Of a stretch of DNA of 64,000 bases, positions 41,867 through 52,238 are shown piece after piece (within the stretch, counting starts at the first letter, position 1; each line of letters begins with the position of its first letter). The stretch lies in the NCBI GenBank assembly GCA_965237955.1, contig OZ250169.1, positions 7,008,001 through 7,072,000 of the forward strand. The letters run 5' to 3'. The notes below the pieces were generated by a model. That model was not told the origin of the DNA and ran no database searches. It saw only the letters and a program-made list of their open reading frames with translations. The stretch comes from Candidatus Marinacidobacterales bacterium (GTDB lineage: Bacteria; Acidobacteriota; Vicinamibacteria; Marinacidobacterales; SMYC01). A program made the translations under genes and the position numbers.

Positions 41867-41904
41867 GGATCTCCTGTTTTAATCCGCGTTCGGACGAAGC
41901 GCCG

Positions 41905-43271
41905 GGATGTGTCCCGAGGTCCGTGGAAAAAGAACGGCGCCCTCCACTCCGTCATCAGAGTATCATATCAGGCGGCAACCTCCGTGTGTTCGAGAACCTC
42001 GCTCAGACGTTGGTAGCCGTCGATGCGTCGTAGTTGAATCTGGCCAGAGGCGATAAGCCCAAACAGCAAAGCGACCGCGGACTCCTCGCTGGAGAACGAC
42101 GCTTGGGTTTTCGTCCGGCGTCGAAACTCGCGGTTGAGATTCTCCAGAGCATTGGTCGTTCGAATCGATTTCCACATGGCACGAGGGAATTCGTAGAAGG
42201 TCAGCAGCTGATTACCGGCCTCCTCTAGGCTTCGGACGACGGCTGGTGCGAGAGGCGTCCACTTGGCGACGAGCTCGTCATAGGCTTTGCGAGCATCGAT
42301 CCCGTTCTTGGCGTAGACGATCCGGTTGTAGTCACGCCGGAGCTCACGGCGTGCGTGCGCCGGGCAATGTTCGAGCAAGTTGGCGCGCTTGTGCTCGGTA
42401 CATCGCTGCAACCGGCACCCCGGCCACTTCTCGAGCGCCTTCGTCAGCCCCTTGTGGCCGTCGCTGATCACTAGCTTGGGAGCCCGGAGTCCTCGAGCCT
42501 GGAGTCCCTCCAGCACGGAGCCCCAATGCGTCGAGGCTTCGCTCACCGCCAGACGCAATGACAACAGACGTTTCTGCCCGTCTGGCGCGACCCCGAGCGC
42601 GACCAGTACGGGTACGCTGATCACACGTTTCGCCATCCGCACTTTCAGGTGGAAGCCGTCCAGGTAAACGATCGCGTAGACCTCCTCGCTGAGAGCACGG
42701 TTCTGCCATTCCTCGAAGCGCTCCTTCAGCCGGCTAACCACGCGAGACACCGCGCTCTTCGATAGGTGCTCCTCACCGAGCAGTGGTTTCAGCGCTTTGC
42801 GGATCCGGCGGCTATTCGCGCCCGAGAAGTACGTCCCCAAGATCGCCTCGTCGACCTCACGAGTCCGGCGCGCATACCGGGGCAACAGCTCGCTCCTGAA
42901 CTCTGTCGTTTCTCCCGTTTCCTCGTCTCGCACGCGGGCTCGTGGCACCCGGAGCTCGCGAGTTCCCACCGACGTCGTCACGCGACGGGTTTCGGCTCCG
43001 TTGCGATATCCACGGCGGTCTTCCGCACGCTCGTAGCTACCACACCCCAGCGCTTGGTTGACTTCTTCCTCGAGCACGACCTCGATTGCCTCCAGTACCC
43101 GCTTACGCAGCCGAAGTTGGACGAACTCCCGGTACTCGCTTACAGACTCCTTCGATATGGTGGTAGGCTTCTTCATGGCGTAATCCTCCTCCTCGCCTTT
43201 CCAGGCGCGGTTTCGTTTTGTTTAACCGGAGGTTACGCCATTCTTATTTCCACGGGAAGCGGGACGGATCC
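41905..43271 (-). mobile_element. Complete IS256-family insertion sequence (1367 bp)
   Basis: Imperfect ~40-bp TIRs (GGATGTGTCCCG..CCGTGGAAAAAGAA / GGATCCGTCCCG..CCGTGGAAATAAGAA); 8-bp target duplication AAGCGCCG at 41897-41904 and 43272-43279. Confidence 0.93.
41968..43176 (-). CDS. IS256 family transposase
   Basis: YRNG, VPRAR, YLDG, ISDGHKGL, QRCTEH, RTTNALENLNREFRRRT. Confidence 0.96.
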   Translation of the reverse strand: MKKPTTISKESVSEYREFVQLRLRKRVLEAIEVVLEEEVNQALGCGSYERAEDRRGYRNGAETRRVTTSVGTRELRVPRARVRDEETGETTEFRSELLPRYARRTREVDEAILGTYFSGANSRRIRKALKPLLGEEHLSKSAVSRVVSRLKERFEEWQNRALSEEVYAIVYLDGFHLKVRMAKRVISVPVLVALGVAPDGQKRLLSLRLAVSEASTHWGSVLEGLQARGLRAPKLVISDGHKGLTKALEKWPGCRLQRCTEHKRANLLEHCPAHARRELRRDYNRIVYAKNGIDARKAYDELVAKWTPLAPAVVRSLEEAGNQLLTFYEFPRAMWKSIRTTNALENLNREFRRRTKTQASFSSEESAVALLFGLIASGQIQLRRIDGYQRLSEVLEHTEVAA

Positions 43272-43372
43272 AAGCGCCGGCGCGGTGGGATGTGTGTTCG
43301 TGGGCGAGGCGCCTACAAAACGGTCTAGTTTACCATTCGAGCTGACGCTTCACCAAGATATTGGGGTGTTCG

Positions 43373-43837
43373 TTAGCTCAGCTTCTCGTTCAAACCCTCG
43401 TCTGTAAGGCCCAAGATCTCGGCCGCGGCCGCCCGATCACCGCCACAATCCTCGAGAACTCGCTCGATGTAGTCCGCCTCGGCGTCTTCGAGACTCATCC
43501 AATCGCCCTGGACAGCACCCCCTGCCGGCAGTCCCGGCTCGAGGCCAAGGTAGGTCCAAACATCTTTTCCCACACGCTCTTTGAACAAATCCGCGAGCGA
43601 GCGAACGCTCCCTACCGACTCGTCCTGGTTGACGCGCTCAACGCGATGGATCGGCAGGAACATCGTCGACAGTCCCATCTCGCTATCGCCGCGGCCGACC
43701 GAGCGGCTCCAATCGTCGAAGGAGTTCAAGTCGATGCCCCGGACGTTGATCCCGCTCTCCTGGATCGAAAGCAGAATCCCCCACACCTTCTCACGAGGAT
43801 TCTGGAGGTTGACGAGAACGGCGGAAAACTTCTTCAC
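43373..43837 (-). CDS. Hypothetical protein: beta-rich (Sm-like?) domain fused to a Fis-type HTH
   Basis: GTG start overlaps the upstream aminotransferase stop; C-terminal SLEDAEADYIERVL..GDRAAAAEILGL. Confidence 0.75.
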   Translation of the reverse strand: MKKFSAVLVNLQNPREKVWGILLSIQESGINVRGIDLNSFDDWSRSVGRGDSEMGLSTMFLPIHRVERVNQDESVGSVRSLADLFKERVGKDVWTYLGLEPGLPAGGAVQGDWMSLEDAEADYIERVLEDCGGDRAAAAEILGLTDEGLNEKLS

Positions 43838-45033
43838 GAATCGGTACAATCTGTACGGGCCGCGAAGAATTGCTGCACGCGGCGAATGCCTTCCTCGATG
43901 ACCTCGCGCGAGCACGCGAAACTCACGCGCAGATGGCCGTCGCACCCAAAAGCGAGTCCCGGCACGACCGCGACCCGCACTTCGGATAAGAGCTCGGTGG
44001 CGAGCTCGGTCGTGTTCTCACCTGGGCGCAGGTAGTGCGACACGTTGGGAAACAGATAAAACCCGCCACCCGGAATCCCGCAACGAACGTTGGGAATTTC
44101 GAGCAACCCCTCGCGCAGTCGATGCGCACGCCACTTGTACTCCGCGATCATATCCGCGAGCACGCTCTGATCCGAGCTGAGCGCGGTCAGCGCCGCCTTT
44201 TGCGAGATCGAGCTCGCGTTCGACGTCATCTGACTCTGGAGCGAGCCGCACGCCTCGATGATCGCTTCGGGTCCCATCGCCCAACCGATGCGCCATCCCG
44301 TCATGGCGTACGCCTTCGAAGCGGTACCAGCGATCAAGAACCGATCACCCAACAACTGTTGAACGTGCCGGAGCGCGGCCGCGGGCGCCGGCTCGAACAT
44401 CAAGCGCGCGTAGGTGTCGTCCCACAGTAAGAACGTGTCGCGATCTTCGGTCAGATTTCCCAAAGCCCGGATCTCTCCCTCGCCGATCACGGCGCCGGTA
44501 GGATTGGCGGGAAAGTTGAGAAGCAACATCCGCGTCCGATCGGTGATGGCGGGCGCGATGACATCGGCGGTCATGCGAAACCCGTCATCCTCGGATGTCG
44601 CGGCGAACACCGGCTCACCGCCGGCAAGACGCACTTGCTCCGAAAACGTCCCCCAATACGGCGTCGGGATGACGACTTCATCGCCCGCATCGACGAGGGA
44701 GAGCATGAGATTCAAGAGCGCGTGCTTGCCACCGCTAGTAATAATGACGCCCGAGCTATCGAATTCGAGTCCGTAGTCCTCGCGATAGCGATCCGCCACC
44801 GCTTGGCGCAGCTCCGGTGTTCCCGGATTCGGCGTGTAGCGCGTGAAGTTGTCGGCGATGGCCTTTTCTCCGGAGAGCTTGATGTGCTCCGGGGTCGGAA
44901 AATCCGGCTGGCCGGCGGAGAAGTCGACGAGGTCCACACCCTTGGCCTTCAGGCGCATGGCTTCCGCCATCACCGCCATCGTGGGTGACGGTTGGATTTG
45001 GCTTATCCGCTGGGCGAGGCGTAACGATTTCAC
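43834..45033 (-). CDS. aspC: Class I PLP-dependent (aspartate) aminotransferase
   Basis: GQPDFPTP, NFPANPTG, SKAYAMTGWRIG, VVPG..LRVSFA. Confidence 0.9.
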   Translation of the reverse strand: MKSLRLAQRISQIQPSPTMAVMAEAMRLKAKGVDLVDFSAGQPDFPTPEHIKLSGEKAIADNFTRYTPNPGTPELRQAVADRYREDYGLEFDSSGVIITSGGKHALLNLMLSLVDAGDEVVIPTPYWGTFSEQVRLAGGEPVFAATSEDDGFRMTADVIAPAITDRTRMLLLNFPANPTGAVIGEGEIRALGNLTEDRDTFLLWDDTYARLMFEPAPAAALRHVQQLLGDRFLIAGTASKAYAMTGWRIGWAMGPEAIIEACGSLQSQMTSNASSISQKAALTALSSDQSVLADMIAEYKWRAHRLREGLLEIPNVRCGIPGGGFYLFPNVSHYLRPGENTTELATELLSEVRVAVVPGLAFGCDGHLRVSFACSREVIEEGIRRVQQFFAARTDCTDS

Positions 45034-45034
45034 G

Positions 45035-45526
45035 TCATTTCTTGCGAGCTCTCTCGTAAAGACGCTTTTCGACACCTTTCGGGACGAGCCCGGTAATATT
45101 GCCTCCGAGAGTCGCGACTTCTTTGACGAGGCGCGAGCTCACGTAGGAGTACTCTTCGGCGGGCATCATGAACACGGTCTCGATCGAAGGTGCGAGGCGC
45201 CGATTCATCAAGGCCATTTGAAACTCGTACTCGAAGTCCGAGATCGCGCGGATGCCCCTGACGATGGTCGTCGCGTTGCGTTTGGCCGCATAGTCCACCA
45301 ACAGACCACTAAAGGAGTCCGCTTCCACGTTGTCGAGCTTTGCGAACGTCTCTCCGATCATCTCGAGACGTTCTTCCACGGTGAACATCGGCGTTTTCTC
45401 GATGTTCTCGAGCACTGCGACGATGATGATGTCGAACAACGAGCTCCCACGCTCGATGATGTCGACGTGACCCAACGTCAGCGGGTCGAACGACCCGGGG
45501 TACAAGGCAACGCGTAGGCCCGCCAT
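45035..45526 (-). CDS. coaD: Pantetheine-phosphate adenylyltransferase
   Basis: YPGSFDPLTLGH, RGIRAISDFEYE, SSRLVKE. Confidence 0.98.
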   Translation of the reverse strand: MAGLRVALYPGSFDPLTLGHVDIIERGSSLFDIIIVAVLENIEKTPMFTVEERLEMIGETFAKLDNVEADSFSGLLVDYAAKRNATTIVRGIRAISDFEYEFQMALMNRRLAPSIETVFMMPAEEYSYVSSRLVKEVATLGGNITGLVPKGVEKRLYERARKK

Positions 45527-45535
45527 GAGCGCAGC

Positions 45536-46117
45536 CTAGCACACCCTCTGGTAGAGCGTGAAGCAGCTCTCGCCGGACTTGAGTCGCCGAAAACGCGTTA
45601 ACTCGCCGTAGCTTTCGAGAAGCTCTCGCTTGTGGTGGTGCTCGACGACGACCAGACCGTCGGAAACAACCAACTCCCCCGTCCCAAGGGCCGACAGCAG
45701 ACGACTGAGCTCGTCCTCGAGCTCGTCAGTCTCGTACGGCGGATCGGCAAACACCAAATCGAACGTCTCCCCATCGTGTTCGAGCTTCGCTAGCGCGGCC
45801 CGGACGTCCAGCGCCAAAAGCTCGCCGCGGCCGGCCACGCCGAGCTCTTCGATGTTCCGCCGGATGACATCGGCGGCTTTTCGGCCCCGCTCGACGAAGA
45901 CCGCCCGCGCCGCACCGCGCGACAACGACTCGAGCCCCAGAGCTCCCGCGCCCGCGAAAAGGTCGAGCACGCGGGCGCCCGCGAGCCCTGCTGATAACGA
46001 TGCGAGCACGTCGAACAGACTCTTTTTGAGTCGAGCACCCGTCGGCCGCGTCTTTGCGCCTTTGGGCGCGTGGAGCTTCCGGCCCGAGAACTCACCGCTT
46101 CCGATACGCATCATCAT
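45536..46117 (-). CDS. rsmD: 16S rRNA m2G966 methyltransferase
   Basis: TRPT, LDLFAGAGALGLESLSRGA, ADPPY. Confidence 0.95.
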   Translation of the reverse strand: MMMRIGSGEFSGRKLHAPKGAKTRPTGARLKKSLFDVLASLSAGLAGARVLDLFAGAGALGLESLSRGAARAVFVERGRKAADVIRRNIEELGVAGRGELLALDVRAALAKLEHDGETFDLVFADPPYETDELEDELSRLLSALGTGELVVSDGLVVVEHHHKRELLESYGELTRFRRLKSGESCFTLYQRVC

Positions 46118-48216
46118 CCGGCCGCCGCGAGGCCGAACCGCTCGCCCCAGAGCTCAACGACGTGACCGAGCAGACGCTCGCGGAGATCACCCGTCGCTTG
46201 CCTGGAGGCGAAGAAGCGGTACGCGTCCTTTTTGGCTTTTTCGCGCAACGCTTCATCACGCACCATGTCGGCAATGCGGAAAAGCGGTACGCCCGATTGC
46301 CGTGTGCCGAAGTAATCGCCGGCCCCACGGATCTCGAGGTCGCGCTCGGCGATGACGAACCCATTGCTCGTTTCGGCCATCGCGTCGAGACGTTTTTCAG
46401 CCTCGGGCGTAGGCGAAGGGTACGTCAGCAAGACCGCGGTCGACGGCGCTTCCCCTCGGCCGACGCGTCCTCTCAACTGGTGTAGTTGCGAGAGACCGAA
46501 CCGCTCGGCGTGCTCGATGACCATGAGGGTCGCGTTGGGCACGTCGAGTCCGACTTCGATCACCGTCGTCGCGACCAGGATGTCGACGTCGCCTCGACCG
46601 AACGCCTCCATCGTCTTTTCTCTTTCGTCAGCGCTCATGCGCCCGTGCACGAGCGCGACGCGGCGTTCGGAAAATTCGCGCTGAGACAACGACTCGTACC
46701 GTGCGACCGCCGCTTTCAAGTCCATCTTCTCGGACTCTTCCACGAGCGGGCAGACGAAGTAGACTTGATGACCTTTGGCGATCTCAGCTTCCATGAGGCG
46801 GAATACGTCCTTCAGTTGGGTCGCTTCCCGCCTCAGCGTGGTAATCGGCTTTCGCCCCGGGGGGAGCTCCTTCAAGAGCGCAACGTCGAGATCACCGTAG
46901 ACCACCATCGCGAGACTTCGCGGAATCGGCGTCGCGGTCATGACGAGAAGATCACACCCGAGACCTTTGTTTCGCAGCTCCGCCCGTTGGAGCACGCCGA
47001 AGCGGTGCTGTTCGTCGATGATCGCAAGGCCCAGCTCGCTGAACGCTACCCCTTCCTGGATCAGCGCATGAGTGCCGACGACGAGGTCGACGTCACCGCT
47101 CGCAATCTCCTCGAGAAGTTTGTCGCGTTCAGACTTCTTCAACCGAGCGCTCAACAGAGCTACTCGGTAGCCGGCCGGCTCGAGGAGCTTTCTGATGCTG
47201 GCGAAATGCTGCTCGGCCAAGAGCTCGGTCGGCACCATGAACGCGACTTGCGCACCAGATTCCATGACGATCACGGACGCGAGCACACCGACGATAGTCT
47301 TGCCCGAGCCGACGTCGCCCTGCAAGAGACGTCTCATCGGAACCTCGCTCGCGAGCTCGCCGGCAATGGTCTTGGCCACGTCGCGTTGAGCCGAGGTCAA
47401 CCGGAACGGCAGCATCTTGCGCACGATCTCCCGGATGGCATCATCGACCGGAAAAACGCGCGCCTTCTTTATTCTTTTGTCCGCCGCCCTGAGGAGCGCG
47501 AGCGCGAGGAAGAACAAGAAGAACTCTTCGAAGATGAGACGCTTTTGCGCATCGGAGCGAAACGCGTTGTAGAGATCGATCGGGGCATTCTCCTCGGGAA
47601 AGTGGACCCGCGCGATCGCGTCCTCGCGCGTCGGAAGCTCGTATTGGCGGCATAGCTCTTCCGGTAGCAGCTCCGGAACCCCATGCGGCATCCCCATCAC
47701 CAGAAAATGCACCACCCGACGAAGAACTTTCGGGCTCATCGCACCGATGCGCTCGTAGACAGGCACGATACGGCCGGCGTGGGTGGTCTCGTCTTGACCT
47801 TCTTCGACGAGCTCGTATTGGGCGTTCTTCACCTCGGGGAACAGACTGAAGTCGGTTTGCTCGAACGTTCCGTAGATGAGAACCCGGCGTCCGGGCGTCA
47901 ACGTGTCTTTGAGATACTCCTGGTTGAACCACACCGCCTTCAGCTTTCCAGTCTCGTCCTTCGCGACGAGCTCGACGATCTCGAAGTTCTTCCGCCGGGT
48001 CGTGCGAACGTTCACCGACACGACTTCGACTTCGACCGTGCCGCTTTGCCCGGGCTCGATATCGGCGATGCGCAGGCGTCGGCTTCGATCTTCATAGCGG
48101 AACGGCAGATACAGGAGGAGGTCGTAGACGGTGTGGATCCCGACCTTGGCGAGAGCTTCGGCCTTTTTGGGACCTACGCCCTTGACGAATTGGATCGGTG
48201 TGTCGATGTTCAGCAT
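46114..48216 (-). CDS. recG: ATP-dependent DNA helicase RecG
   Basis: QGDVGSGKT, DEQHRFGV, TATPIPRS, QLHQLRGRVGRG. Confidence 0.98.
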   Translation of the reverse strand: MLNIDTPIQFVKGVGPKKAEALAKVGIHTVYDLLLYLPFRYEDRSRRLRIADIEPGQSGTVEVEVVSVNVRTTRRKNFEIVELVAKDETGKLKAVWFNQEYLKDTLTPGRRVLIYGTFEQTDFSLFPEVKNAQYELVEEGQDETTHAGRIVPVYERIGAMSPKVLRRVVHFLVMGMPHGVPELLPEELCRQYELPTREDAIARVHFPEENAPIDLYNAFRSDAQKRLIFEEFFLFFLALALLRAADKRIKKARVFPVDDAIREIVRKMLPFRLTSAQRDVAKTIAGELASEVPMRRLLQGDVGSGKTIVGVLASVIVMESGAQVAFMVPTELLAEQHFASIRKLLEPAGYRVALLSARLKKSERDKLLEEIASGDVDLVVGTHALIQEGVAFSELGLAIIDEQHRFGVLQRAELRNKGLGCDLLVMTATPIPRSLAMVVYGDLDVALLKELPPGRKPITTLRREATQLKDVFRLMEAEIAKGHQVYFVCPLVEESEKMDLKAAVARYESLSQREFSERRVALVHGRMSADEREKTMEAFGRGDVDILVATTVIEVGLDVPNATLMVIEHAERFGLSQLHQLRGRVGRGEAPSTAVLLTYPSPTPEAEKRLDAMAETSNGFVIAERDLEIRGAGDYFGTRQSGVPLFRIADMVRDEALREKAKKDAYRFFASRQATGDLRERLLGHVVELWGERFGLAAAG

Positions 48217-48239
48217 AGCCGCGGACTACCGCGGTAATG

Positions 48240-48818
48240 CTACTTGAGAGGAGCCGTGGCGCGCTGCACTACCTTGACCGTTCCCGGTTGGCACTGGATG
48301 CTCTCCAAATCGAACGGCAGGATGAACGCTTCGCCGAGGCGGAAACCGGGAGGAAGGAACTCGCTCGCGTCCTCGTTGCTGATGAACGCCGCCACCAGGT
48401 CCGGAGGAAGCTCGACACCGGCGAGCCTGACCCGCTCGAGCACGAGCTTCCCGACGCCCGCCGCTGCATTGATACGGGCCGTGACCTCGACGGGAACGCG
48501 ACCGGACAAAAGCTGAAAAAACATGGAGTCGGGAAGCTGCCCTTGGAGTTTATCGAGATCGAGCGTGGCACCGACGATGGCAAGGCTTTGTTCGAACTTC
48601 ACCCACGGGCTCTCGATTCCCTCGGGAAGCTCTTTCACGGTCCGCTCGCGGATGTACGCGTTGGCTTCTTCTTCCGGGATGTCGAACTCTTTGGGTGCGT
48701 CGGCGCCCTCTTGGTGGCGCGTAACCAGCTCGTCGAGCTTGGCTTCGAGGCCATCGCCAGCGTAGGCGGACGCAAGCGACATTGCGAGGGTGATACCCAG
48801 GGTGGTCAGGTACCTCAT
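48240..48818 (-). CDS. Secreted hypothetical protein
   Basis: Signal peptide (..ASAYA); EEEANAYI and beta-rich body; in operon with recG. Confidence 0.7.
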   Translation of the reverse strand: MRYLTTLGITLAMSLASAYAGDGLEAKLDELVTRHQEGADAPKEFDIPEEEANAYIRERTVKELPEGIESPWVKFEQSLAIVGATLDLDKLQGQLPDSMFFQLLSGRVPVEVTARINAAAGVGKLVLERVRLAGVELPPDLVAAFISNEDASEFLPPGFRLGEAFILPFDLESIQCQPGTVKVVQRATAPLK

Positions 48819-48856
48819 CACACCCCATCCTACTGCAACCGCAAAGTGTCGCAAAC

Positions 48857-50370
48857 CTATATCACTGGCGGTGTGAGCTCCGCGCGCAGCCGTCGAGCCT
48901 CATGGTGATTCGGTTCCAAGGAGAGCGCTTTCTCGACCTCGTCAAAAGCTTTCACCGGATCTTCGAGCTCCATGTACACCCGGGCGAGCTCCATGTGGGT
49001 CTCAACCGAGGCCTCGGTCCATAGCAGCATCGAGAGCTCCCGAACGGCCTGATCGAGCTCACCGGACTCGCGGAGGAGGTCCACGAGCTCACGGCGAACC
49101 TCCATCGCACCGGGCTCGCGGTACAGGCTTTTCTGTAACAACTGGATCGCGTCATCGACACGCCCCCGTTCACGCAGCGCGCGGGCGTCGAGAAGCTCGA
49201 CGAGGGCAACGACATCCTCACCTTCCGCGATGTCGACTTCGCGCGGCGTGAGAGCCTCCGCGGGGCGAGCCCAACCGGTGACCACCGCCGGGTCGACGTC
49301 CGCAAGATCCGGCGCGAGGGTGAGCGCGGTAGCGCGGGCAACCTCGGCCTCATGGGTCTCGGCCTGCGACGACGCCGCCGCAAAGAGCAGGAGATGAACT
49401 TCGCCGTCCCACGGCATGAGCGCGCTCGCTTCTTCGAACTGCTCGAGAGCGAGCGCACCCTTCCCTGAGCGCCACAGGCTCCATCCAAGGTTGAAATGGT
49501 ACGTCGCGTTCGACTCGTCCGCGTTTTTGACCGCAAGCTGGAACGCTTCGGTCGCGGGCAAGAACCGTTCGAGTCGCATGAGAGCCACGCCCTGATTGTT
49601 GTAGCTCGCACTCTCTAAGCCATCCACCGACGACAGGCTCGCGAACACTTGAAGCGCCGACTCCCACGATTCGACGCCGAGGTAGGCCATGCCCAAATCG
49701 AAATAAGCTTTGCGGTCGCGGGCGCCTTCATCGCCAGCGGCAACGAGGACATCGATGGCTCGTCTAGGCTCACCCGCGTCCAGCAGTAGACGACCCAGCA
49801 TCAGACGCGCTTCGAGATACTCCGGCTCGTGCTCGAGCGCTTTCTCGAGGCGGCGGCGCTGCTCCTCGGGGTCGGCGCTCACCCGCGCCAGCGCACTTTC
49901 CTCGAGGGCAGCAAGCGATAGCTTCGCCCGCCGTTTGGCGCGATCCTCGAAACCCGACGGTGCCGAATGTGCCTCGAGCCGGAACAGGTTCTTGGCTACT
50001 TGGTTCGAAAGTGGGGCGAGCTCATCGCTCGGAGCGTAATCCTCGACAATCCCCACGGTCGCACCCCTTACGAGGTCGACGACGCGGGCTTCGACGTCGA
50101 GCCGCTCTCCTCCGTCGTGCGAAAAGCCCCAACGACGAGGCGCTGAGCGTCCAGTTCCTTCCCGAGAATGATTGCGGTCGCACGGCTGACCGGCTCTCCG
50201 GGCACGAAGCCGAGCTCGATCAGCGTGCGATTGCGTGTTCGAAGATCCACGACCTCGTGCCCCGCCGACTGGAAGTGGGTACTGATGGCTTCTTCGAACG
50301 CACTTCCCTTCCAATCCTGGGCGGGATCGGTGCCGACGTTCTCGAACGGCAGAGTTTGAAAGCGCACCAA
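48857..50370 (-). CDS. TolB-N-like / TPR-repeat protein; frameshift near 50110-50130
   Basis: LPFENV..DW.G N-terminus (ORF 50068-50370) joins the TPR array (ORF 48857-50314) by a one-base shift. Confidence 0.75.
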
Positions 50371-50413
50371 TTATACACCCAGCCCGCGTGCTTTATAATG
50401 TTAGAAAGCGCCG

Positions 50414-50854
50414 ATGTCCAACCAGCCGAGCTCCGAACGACCGATGGGTGTCTACCTGGTTGCTCTTTATTTCGTTCTCGCGGGTTTCCTCGAATCGATC
50501 CAGAAATACCACGAATGGAACACTCCCCTGTCGTTCAAACCCTGGGCCGAACATTCTGTCTGGGAGCTCGCCGCCCACACCCTGATATACCTCGCGCTTG
50601 CCCTACTCGTGTGGAACTTCGCCTCGCTCGGCCGTATCGGTGCTCTGGTGTTCGGCTACGCGCACTTGGGGATGTACGTGGTCATTTACGTGTTGTATGA
50701 GGGCGAGACGTCGCTCACGATCACGCCGCTCTTCTTGAGCATCGCGATTTATCACGTTACCGCCCTCATCCCCGTCGTCGCCTACCTACAGCCGAAACGA
50801 CAGAAAAAGCTCTTCAACGTCAGCCTGCTCGATATGCTCCTCTCGAGCGACTAG
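50414..50854 (+). CDS. Four-TM membrane protein of unknown function
   Basis: RPMGVYLVA start and four hydrophobic segments. Confidence 0.75.
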   Translation: MSNQPSSERPMGVYLVALYFVLAGFLESIQKYHEWNTPLSFKPWAEHSVWELAAHTLIYLALALLVWNFASLGRIGALVFGYAHLGMYVVIYVLYEGETSLTITPLFLSIAIYHVTALIPVVAYLQPKRQKKLFNVSLLDMLLSSD

Positions 50855-50988
50855 CGTTTGCTGCCGGGACCGCGCTTTGCTACGATCCATGGGTCTGGCA
50901 TCGACCTTGGTTCGGTCGATTGGTCTGACCCCCCAACCTATTGAATCTATAGATCTTATAATTTACTACGCTTGGTTTGGAGGCGCCT

Positions 50989-52215
50989 ATGTCATCGCTG
51001 CCGACACGGGGGGAGTCCCGGCAGCAGTTAATCCGGCTTTTGAAAGAAGCCACCGCAGGCAAGACCGATGCCCTTCAGAAGCTTCTGAAAAACGCCCCCG
51101 ACGCCTACGCTCCGCTGCTCCGCCTGTTGACCCAGCTCGACTACACCGAAACCGAAGCGCACGAGCACTGGGACGCGATCCTGAGTCACCGCGACGAGCT
51201 TTCCAAAAAGCTCGGACGCACAAGCTCGCTCCAGGTCGCCGCGCTCGACTACTTTCAGAACTTGAAGGGCGCGATCCGAATTCCCAAGATCCTCGAGATG
51301 TCGACTTTTCTCGCGACGGAGCGGAGCGCCATCACCGATGGCCTGACCGGTCTCTACAACCGTCAATTCTTCGACGCCAGTCTGCGACGCGAGCTCAAGC
51401 GCGCCCGTCGCTACGGGCTTTCGTTCTCGTTGGTCATGCTCGACGTCGACGACTTCAAGTCCGTTAACGATATCCATGGGCACGTCGCCGGCGACGAGGC
51501 GCTGAACCTCACCAGTAACGTCATCCGCGCGAGCGTTCGCGAGATCGACGTCGCGTGCCGCTACGGCGGCGAAGAGTTCGCGCTCATCCTGCCCGAGACG
51601 AGCCGCACCGGCGCATACATCGTGTCCGAGCGGATCCGATTGGATGTGAAAGAGATGTTCAGCCACCAGCTCGTCGCCACGTCGCACATCGATCTCTCGG
51701 TGAGCGGCGGCATCGCCATCTACCCCACGGATTCCAATTCGGCCGAGGGACTTTTGCGGATGGCCGACAAGGCGCTCTACCGCTCGAAGCACGACGGCAA
51801 GGACCAGATCACGCTCCACGCCGACGAGAAGCGACGCTCCCCTAGGCTCTAGGCGCGAACGCTCCTCGTCTTCCGCGAGCGTGAGGAAAATGGCCGACAA
51901 GAGCTCAGAAGCGAAACCCGCAACCTGTCGCGAAACGGTGCGCTTCTCGAGAGCCGTATCCCGTTCGAGATCGGAACCGAGCTCGAGATCGATATCCATC
52001 TGCCGCAAAACAATTCCAGCTTGCTTCTGAAGGGCCGCGTCGTGCGGCTCGAAGAGACCTCGGAAGAAACCGGAGATCATGCGCGGTACCACGTGGGCGT
52101 GGCCTTCCTCGCGGACACCGACGAAGACGCCCGGACGCTAGAAGGGCTCGCCTCGGAAATCTACCGGCCCGAGCACCACGACGACACACCTGGCGGCGTG
52201 GATAACCTCGGCTAA
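50989..52215 (+). CDS. Diguanylate cyclase (GGEEF) with a C-terminal PilZ domain, interrupted by an in-frame TAG at 51850-51852
   Basis: TDGLTGLYNR, REID I-site, RYGGEEF; EKRRSPRL*ARTL..RNLSRNG continues in frame to 52215. Confidence 0.85.
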
Positions 52216-52238
52216 AAACCGTACACTTTGAGGCGAGG

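Noticed and set aside
50896-50912. Sigma54-like TGGCATCGACCTTGGT upstream of the GGDEF gene
   Set aside because: The -12 element is GG rather than GC, no enhancer was found, and a TATAAT lies closer to the gene.
51850-51852. Genome-wide TAG recoding or pyrrolysine
   Set aside because: TAG ends several conserved genes at their normal positions, and there are no pyl genes in the window.
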